Assembly (NCBI GenBank): GCA_035528115.1 | Contig: DATKZF010000003.1 | Span: forward strand, 227,795-291,794 | Direction of reading: 5' to 3' | DNA: 64,000 nt | Source: Candidatus Bipolaricaulota bacterium | Lineage (GTDB): Bacteria; Patescibacteriota; Patescibacteriia; UBA11705; DATKZF01 | Shown here: positions 58,420 to 64,000 of the stretch, piece by piece | How positions within the stretch are numbered: the first letter of the stretch is position 1 | Layout: each line of letters starts with the position of its first letter | Translations under genes and position numbers: made by a program | The notes under the pieces: generated by a model | What the model saw: only the letters and a program-made list of their open reading frames with translations | Told to the model about the DNA's origin: nothing | Database searches by the model: none

Positions 58420-58995
58420 TTACCGTCCTCCTAAAAACTTTAACGCCTCTTTCAATTGCTCCCCCGAATCCACGATTTCCTTTGAAACTTTGCTCAAAGC
58501 GTCTCTGGCCTGCTGTTTGCTGTAGCCGAGAGTCATCAAGGCTTCTACGGTATCATTATTAATTGACACCGCTTCAAACGAATCAGCGCCTTCCAAATAC
58601 TCGACTTTATTTTTTAATTCCAAAACGATTCGCTCGGCCGTTTTTTTGCCCAAGCCCGACACTTCATCGAAAACTTCGGCTTGCCCATTGGCAATGGCTG
58701 ACAATATCTGATTGACCGAATACGCGGCAAAGACATTGAGCGCGGTTTTCGGGCCCACGCCATTAACCGAGATCAATTTTTCAAAAAGCCCCAGCTCTTC
58801 AAAGCTCGAAAACCCGAAAAGGTCATCAGCGTCTTCCCTGATATTTTCATAAAGATAAAATTCTGCCGCGTCGCCGATACTCAACTCGGCCAACAGTTTT
58901 TTATTGGTGAATATTTTATAACCCAGGTCATTTCTTGCCAAAATTACGAAATTTTCGCCTTTGTTTTTGATTGTTCCCTTGATGAATGAAAGCAT
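58420..58995 (-). CDS. ruvA: Holliday junction branch migration protein RuvA
   Basis: IRED...LFGF, LISV.GVGPK.AL, GLGKKTAERIVLELK, AL..LGY. Confidence 0.95.
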   Translation of the reverse strand: MLSFIKGTIKNKGENFVILARNDLGYKIFTNKKLLAELSIGDAAEFYLYENIREDADDLFGFSSFEELGLFEKLISVNGVGPKTALNVFAAYSVNQILSAIANGQAEVFDEVSGLGKKTAERIVLELKNKVEYLEGADSFEAVSINNDTVEALMTLGYSKQQARDALSKVSKEIVDSGEQLKEALKFLGGR

Positions 58996-59024
58996 ATTTA
59001 TATCTATTTTAGCACGAATTGGGT

Positions 59025-59122
59025 GAGTTTACGAGATTACAGATAAACATACAGATTGTACAGATTGGAAATTATGGAGCTAATCTCGTATAATCTGTAC
59101 TCAAATCTCGTAATCTTGTATA
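59025..59122. repeat. TACAGAT/TACGAGAT periodic inverted repeat overlapping the U32 gene stop
   Basis: ttacgagattacagataaacatacagattgtacagatt ... aatctcgtataatctgtactcaaatctcgtaatcttgta. Confidence 0.75.
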
Positions 59123-60477
59123 TTCAACTTCCTCAATACCGTAAACTCCGGCGCTGGCCTATCCAGTCCAATCAAAACACTCAAACCCTGCCCGCCATGA
59201 GCTTCGGTCAATGGCTCTTTGGTCTTTGAATCAAACATTTCCTTTATGGTCATTGAAAAATTTTCACCCTTTGGCGCCACCAGCTCCACCTCGTCTCCTA
59301 TTTTAATAACATTATGAACCTTGACTTCCGCATATTTGTAATTATTCGTAATTTCATCATTTTTTGTATTTGTAACCATCCCAACGAATTCATAATCGCA
59401 ACCCTCATGCCCGCTCTCATACCTTTGCTCGACATTTTCTTTTCCAAATAAAAATCCGGTCGTAAATCCGCGATTGATGTTTTTTTTCAATTCTTCTTTC
59501 AATCTTGCCGCTATGTTTTTGAAATCTTTTTCATTGATTGAATCAATCGCTTGGCGATAAGCTTTGGTGGCCGTGGCCGCGTAATAAACGCTCTTGGCCC
59601 GACCTTCAATTTTAAAGCTCGACACGCCGGCCTTTGCCAAATCCTTCAAATATTCAATCAAACACAAATCTTTGGAATTTAAAATGTACGTTCCATGCTC
59701 GTCTTCGGTTATTTCCAAAAATTCTCCAGGCCTTTTCACTTCTTCAATATAAAAATCCGATCTTTTATTTTCGAGGGATCGGAAAGGCAAGCTTTCCGCC
59801 GGTGATTTTCCCTCCATTAAAATATCATCCATTTTTTTTATTTTTGATATTTTATTTTTTATTTTATATTCCCACCGGCACGGCTGCGTGCAATCGCCCA
59901 GGTTGGCGCTTTGATTCATAAAATATTTCGACAATAAACATCTGCCCGAATACGACACGCACATGGCGCCGTGAACGAAAGCTTCCAATTCGACCTCGGG
60001 AACTTTTTCGTGAATTTCTTTGATCTGATCAAGCGTGACTTCGCGCGCCAAAATGATTCTTTTCACTCCTTGATCAAACCAAAACTTGGCCGCGCGCCAA
60101 TTCGTGCAATTCGCTTGCGTGCTAAGATGAATTTCCGCCTCCGGCCAAATTTCTTTGATCAAAGTCAAAACTCCGGGATCGGAGACGATCAGCGCATCCG
60201 GTTTTATTTTTTTCAATTCAAGCAAATATTTTTCAAGCTCGGGCAAATGAAAATTGTGCGCGAAAATATTAACCGTGATAAAAACTTTTTTGCCCAGATC
60301 ATGAGCGTATTCAATGCCGTCTTTCAAACATTCCAAATCGAATTGATTGATTCGAACCCGAAGCGAAAAATCCGGAATACCGCAATACACCGCGTCCGCT
60401 CCAAAAGCGAATGCAGTCTTTAATTTTTCCAAATTTCCGGCCGGGGCCAGCAATTCCGATTTTATAAAATCGTTCAT
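59101..60477 (-). CDS. U32 family protein (TrhP/YegQ-like tRNA hydroxylation)
   Basis: ELLAPAG, HLSTQAN, FVHGAMCVSYSGRCLLS, CTQPCRW, KIEGRAKS. Confidence 0.92.
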   Translation of the reverse strand: MNDFIKSELLAPAGNLEKLKTAFAFGADAVYCGIPDFSLRVRINQFDLECLKDGIEYAHDLGKKVFITVNIFAHNFHLPELEKYLLELKKIKPDALIVSDPGVLTLIKEIWPEAEIHLSTQANCTNWRAAKFWFDQGVKRIILAREVTLDQIKEIHEKVPEVELEAFVHGAMCVSYSGRCLLSKYFMNQSANLGDCTQPCRWEYKIKNKISKIKKMDDILMEGKSPAESLPFRSLENKRSDFYIEEVKRPGEFLEITEDEHGTYILNSKDLCLIEYLKDLAKAGVSSFKIEGRAKSVYYAATATKAYRQAIDSINEKDFKNIAARLKEELKKNINRGFTTGFLFGKENVEQRYESGHEGCDYEFVGMVTNTKNDEITNNYKYAEVKVHNVIKIGDEVELVAPKGENFSMTIKEMFDSKTKEPLTEAHGGQGLSVLIGLDRPAPEFTVLRKLNIQDYEI

Positions 60478-60513
60478 ATTAACGAAATTTTAGCATATTT
60501 TGGGAAAAAATCA

Positions 60514-60600
60514 ATGGCGCGGGCGGACGGGCAATCGCCCGTTGTAGAGACGCGCCATGGCGCGTCTCTACGCGCCGCAACGCGGCGCCCGCCCGCGCCA
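60514..60600. repeat. GTAG-type REP palindrome (60544-60571) inside a larger GC-rich hairpin
   Basis: Perfect 28-bp GTAGAGACGCGCCATGGCGCGTCTCTAC within tggcgcgggcgg...ccgcccgcgcca. Confidence 0.8.
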
Positions 60601-60640
60601 ATCAAAAAACCGCCTGATTGGAATTTGGCGGTTTTTTATT

Positions 60641-61579
60641 TTAAATTCTTTTATGCCTGATCAACCCAGAACACGGAATTATTTCCAGCTTCTTTTTTTC
60701 CAATTGATCCAAAAGCAAATTGACGCCGATCGAATCAGATGACATATGCCCGGCGATCAGAGCGTTCAAATGATTTTTCTCCGCTTCTTCTTTATGCTGT
60801 TCGCTAATGTGCATGCCGATGATCGTGCCAATGCCGGCATTGGCCATCTTTTCGTAAATCTGCGGATTGCCTTCCGTGCCGCCCGTAATTTCAGTAATCG
60901 CTATTTTGCCGCAACGATTGTTTTCATGACCGGAAAAAAGCATTGGTCCGGCGCCCATCTTTCTCGCTTCCTCATATTCCGGAATCGCGTTGAAAAGCTT
61001 CATCAAATCTCCGACGTATTCGAATTTCTTTTTCGAAATTTGTTTTTTCAAAAAATCAGCCACCAAATTATCGCAAATGGTGTGGCAACATATGAAATTG
61101 ATATCAAGCAGTTGGGCGGCGTCCACAGCGCTGTTGTAATTTTTGCTCCCGACATTTCGCGCCACCTCGGAAATCTTCACCTTAAAAAGTCCTTCGGCCA
61201 CATTGACGGGCACTCCGTATCCGGCCAACACCTCGACTTGAAGATCAATCACTTGCGGCACGTTGGCCAGGGCTTTGCCTCGAGGATGATGGGAAATCAC
61301 CAAATCCACGCCCAGTTCTTTGGCCAAAAGAATTTCAGCGGTATCAATATCTATGCCGACCAAAATCTTTTTCACCTCTTTTTTATTGTCATACAAAATC
61401 GCGGAATCAGCGTACGGATTGACCAGCCGATCCTTGTCGAAGAATCTTTTTTCCTCTTTGGACGCTTTGTCGAAAAGATCTTTTTGTCTGGCCAAATATT
61501 TTTGCACGGACTTTGTCCCGCGAAGATCCGCGGCTTGACCCATCTTTAAAGCCAATTCGAATATTTGTTGTACTTTCAT
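60641..61579 (-). CDS. Nif3/NGG1p-interacting-factor-like dinuclear metal protein
   Basis: NPYADS, GIDI...E, HHP.G, HT..DN, GMH, AGH..SDS.G.N. Confidence 0.85.
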   Translation of the reverse strand: MKVQQIFELALKMGQAADLRGTKSVQKYLARQKDLFDKASKEEKRFFDKDRLVNPYADSAILYDNKKEVKKILVGIDIDTAEILLAKELGVDLVISHHPRGKALANVPQVIDLQVEVLAGYGVPVNVAEGLFKVKISEVARNVGSKNYNSAVDAAQLLDINFICCHTICDNLVADFLKKQISKKKFEYVGDLMKLFNAIPEYEEARKMGAGPMLFSGHENNRCGKIAITEITGGTEGNPQIYEKMANAGIGTIIGMHISEQHKEEAEKNHLNALIAGHMSSDSIGVNLLLDQLEKKKLEIIPCSGLIRHKRI

Positions 61580-61592
61580 ATTGTTATTTAAA

Positions 61593-61652
61593 GCGCGGGC
61601 GACGTGTAGAGTCGCGCCATGGCGCGTCTCTACACGTCGCCCGCCCGCGCCA
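61593..61652. repeat. Second GTAG-type REP (61606-61633) in the same outer hairpin
   Basis: gcgcgggcgacgt-GTAGAGTCGCGCCATGGCGCGTCTCTAC-acgtcgcccgcccgcgcca. Confidence 0.8.
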
Positions 61653-61654
61653 TA

Positions 61655-64000
61655 TTAATTTTTCTCCAACCCAAACCAAACTTCCTTGCCATTGATTTTA
61701 AGCTGCGCGCAAGCGCTGTCTTCAAGCTCTTTTTTCCCTTCGATTATTTCATCGACCAAAGTCTTTTTCTTTATCTCTTCCCCGAATTCTCCGGTCAAAA
61801 TCTCGCGCAAATCCTCCTCGGATGTTTCGAAATATATTTTCGCCCGATCCTCAATGGAATAACCCGCGCCTTTTCTCAAATTATTGATTGACCTGATGAT
61901 TTCCCTGACCAAACCTTCCTTTTCCAACTCGGGAGTGATTTCCGTATTCAACGCCACTTTAACGGGCGCGTCCTCGATCGTTCGCCATTCTCCCCCGTAA
62001 GTCAAATCGGAGACCACGCTGATTTTTTTCACGTTCAATTCGTCTTTGATCAAGTCCGAATACTCATCCTTAAATTTATGATCAACGATTTCCAGCTCGG
62101 ACAGAGCCTGCCTGACTTTGACTCCTTTTCTCTGCCTGATGGCCAGACCGATTTCAATGACTTGCTTGGCTTTGTCCATCATGGACAAAACATTTTGATC
62201 AATTAGCTTTTCGTCAAACAAAGGCCAATCTTCCAGATGAACCGATTTTTTCTCCCCGCCGATGCGGTCATAAATGAATTCGGCCAAAAACGGAGTGAAC
62301 GGCGCCATGGTTTGGCTTAAAGTCATCAAGGATTGATAAAGCGTCGATAACGCGGCTTCTTTGTCCGCCAAGTCATCGCCTTTGACTCGTTCCCTGCTTC
62401 GGCGCACGTACCAGGTCGATAATTCGTTGATAAAATCCTGAATGCTCTTTTGAGCGCGATTCAAATCATACTTGTTCAAATTCTCCGTGACTTCCTTGAC
62501 CATCAAATTCAATTTGCTGAAAATCCATTTGTCCAAAATATTTTCGCCGGAAACGATTTTCGGTTTCTCGGTCGCGTACATCAAATAAAACGACAACACA
62601 TTGGTGGCCAGCAAAATCACTTTTTTGTAAACTTCATCAACGCCTTTTTCGCTGAACCGTAAATCTTCAGCTCGCACCACGGGCGAGGACATCAGATAAA
62701 ATCTGAGCGCGTCCGCGCTGTATTTATCGACCACGGCCATGAGATCCGGATAATTCTTTTTCGATTTGGCCATTTTCTGCCCGTCTTCGGCCAAAACCAT
62801 GCCGTTGACCACCACGTTCTTGAACGCGGGTTGGTCAAACAAAGCGGTTGATAAAACCAGCAAGGTGTAAAACCAGCCGCGCGTTTGATCCTGGCCTTCG
62901 GCGATGAAATCGGCCGGAAAATGATTTTTGAAATATTCTTCGTTTTCAAAGGGATAATGCATTCGAGCGAACGGCACTGATCCGCTTTCCATCCAACAGT
63001 CAAAAACTTCCGGCACCCTTTGCATGGCGGAGCCGCATTTTTCGCACGGAAACATTATCTTATCCACGAAATGTTTGTGAAGATCAGTCACTTTCTGACC
63101 GCTTAATTCTTCGAGCTCTTTGATCGAGCCAACCACTTTCTTTTCCCCGCACACGCATTTCCAAACCGGAATCGGATTGCCCCAAAATCTGGCTCGAGAA
63201 ATCGACCAGTCGCGGACGTTCTCCAGCCATTTGCCGAACCGTCCTTGTTTCAAATGCTCGGGCATCCAATTTATTTGATCGTTCATTTTAATCATTTCGT
63301 TTTTTATATCCGTCACTTTCACGAACCACGAGGAGGTGGCGTAATTTAAAAGCGGGGTGTCGCAACGCCAACAATGCGGATAGCTGTGTTCGAAATCTTC
63401 GAATAAAAAAACATTGCCTTGCGCGGCCAAAAAAGCTACTATTTCCTTGTCCGTTTTGGTGGGATCGCCCTTGGGTTTGACTTCCTGTCCGGAAAATTCG
63501 CGAACCTGATCAATGAATTTACCGTTTGGCGTCACATGCTGAATGAAAGATAAATTTTTCTCTTGTCCCAAATTAAGATCGTCTTCGCCGAAAGCCGGGG
63601 CAATATGCACCACGCCCGTGCCTTCTTCCGTGGACACGAAATCCGCGGAGACAATTTTGTATAAATTTTCCTTATTCGGCAGTTCCTCGCTTAAAAAATA
63701 ATCGAACAGCGGGACATATTTTTTGTTTTCCAATTCCGCCCCCCTGATCTTCTTTATGAATTCAAACTTGAAATCGCGGTTGGCCTCGGTCTCGTGAAAA
63801 ACAAACGATTTGTCTCCCTCGGAATATTCCGCGTAATGTCCGAACACTCTCGGTTCCGCGGTCTGCGCCAAAATCAAAAGTTCCTCGGCTCCGCCATCGA
63901 CTTCTTGTTTTTTCCAAATTGAATAATCCATGTCCGCGCCCACGGCCAAAGCCACATTGCCCGGCAACGTCCACGGCGTGGTCGTCCAGGCCAGCACGAA
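61655..64000 (-). CDS. ileS: Isoleucyl-tRNA synthetase, type 2 (5' part outside window)
   Basis: AWTTTPWTLP, GTGVVH.AP.FG, HSYPHCWRC, DW.ISR.RFWG, EGQDQTRGWFY, KMAKS. Confidence 0.96.
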   Translation of the reverse strand, partial: FVLAWTTTPWTLPGNVALAVGADMDYSIWKKQEVDGGAEELLILAQTAEPRVFGHYAEYSEGDKSFVFHETEANRDFKFEFIKKIRGAELENKKYVPLFDYFLSEELPNKENLYKIVSADFVSTEEGTGVVHIAPAFGEDDLNLGQEKNLSFIQHVTPNGKFIDQVREFSGQEVKPKGDPTKTDKEIVAFLAAQGNVFLFEDFEHSYPHCWRCDTPLLNYATSSWFVKVTDIKNEMIKMNDQINWMPEHLKQGRFGKWLENVRDWSISRARFWGNPIPVWKCVCGEKKVVGSIKELEELSGQKVTDLHKHFVDKIMFPCEKCGSAMQRVPEVFDCWMESGSVPFARMHYPFENEEYFKNHFPADFIAEGQDQTRGWFYTLLVLSTALFDQPAFKNVVVNGMVLAEDGQKMAKSKKNYPDLMAVVDKYSADALRFYLMSSPVVRAEDLRFSEKGVDEVYKKVILLATNVLSFYLMYATEKPKIVSGENILDKWIFSKLNLMVKEVTENLNKYDLNRAQKSIQDFINELSTWYVRRSRERVKGDDLADKEAALSTLYQSLMTLSQTMAPFTPFLAEFIYDRIGGEKKSVHLEDWPLFDEKLIDQNVLSMMDKAKQVIEIGLAIRQRKGVKVRQALSELEIVDHKFKDEYSDLIKDELNVKKISVVSDLTYGGEWRTIEDAPVKVALNTEITPELEKEGLVREIIRSINNLRKGAGYSIEDRAKIYFETSEEDLREILTGEFGEEIKKKTLVDEIIEGKKELEDSACAQLKINGKEVWFGLEKN

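Noticed and set aside
62760-62778. KMAKS in place of KMSKS in IleRS
   Set aside because: A minor variant of the class I motif with no sign of lost function
1270-64000. Alternative genetic code 25 (UGA=Gly)
   Set aside because: Conserved genes are full length under code 11 and recO and adk end in TGA

Overview
Chromosomal segment of a Patescibacteria (CPR, Parcubacteria-like) bacterium; the lineage is inferred from the missing rpmD, extended ribosomal proteins, AT-rich translation starts without Shine-Dalgarno (SD) motifs and typical CPR hypothetical families. Genetic code 11. Almost all genes lie on the minus strand. Bases 1.3-19.9 kb hold the str-S10-spc superoperon (rpsL to secY, adk, map, then ruvX and recO). 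Bases 20-42 kb hold rpmB, three tRNAs, a probable 6S RNA, an RND pump, pdaD, a four-helix-bundle gene, ndk and a split comEC. Bases 42-51.6 kb hold a cell-surface cluster: two WxL-like proteins, a DUF916-like protein and a 2037-aa phage-fibre-like adhesin. Bases 52-58 kb hold femX and a small defence-like islet (Bro-N, TM protein plus HEPN-like protein, DpnI). The window ends with ruvA, a U32 protein, a Nif3-like gene and a partial ileS. The most striking unexplained signal is non-coding: tiny CCTG-footed hairpin elements (20-49 bp) whose removal exactly restores the interrupted sequence (a tRNA end, a tRNA fragment, a REP hairpin, a periodic repeat). They coexist with several families of 6-9-bp periodic, often inverted, repeat tracts and with GTAG-type REPs. 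All assignments come from reading the sequence by eye; no searches were run.
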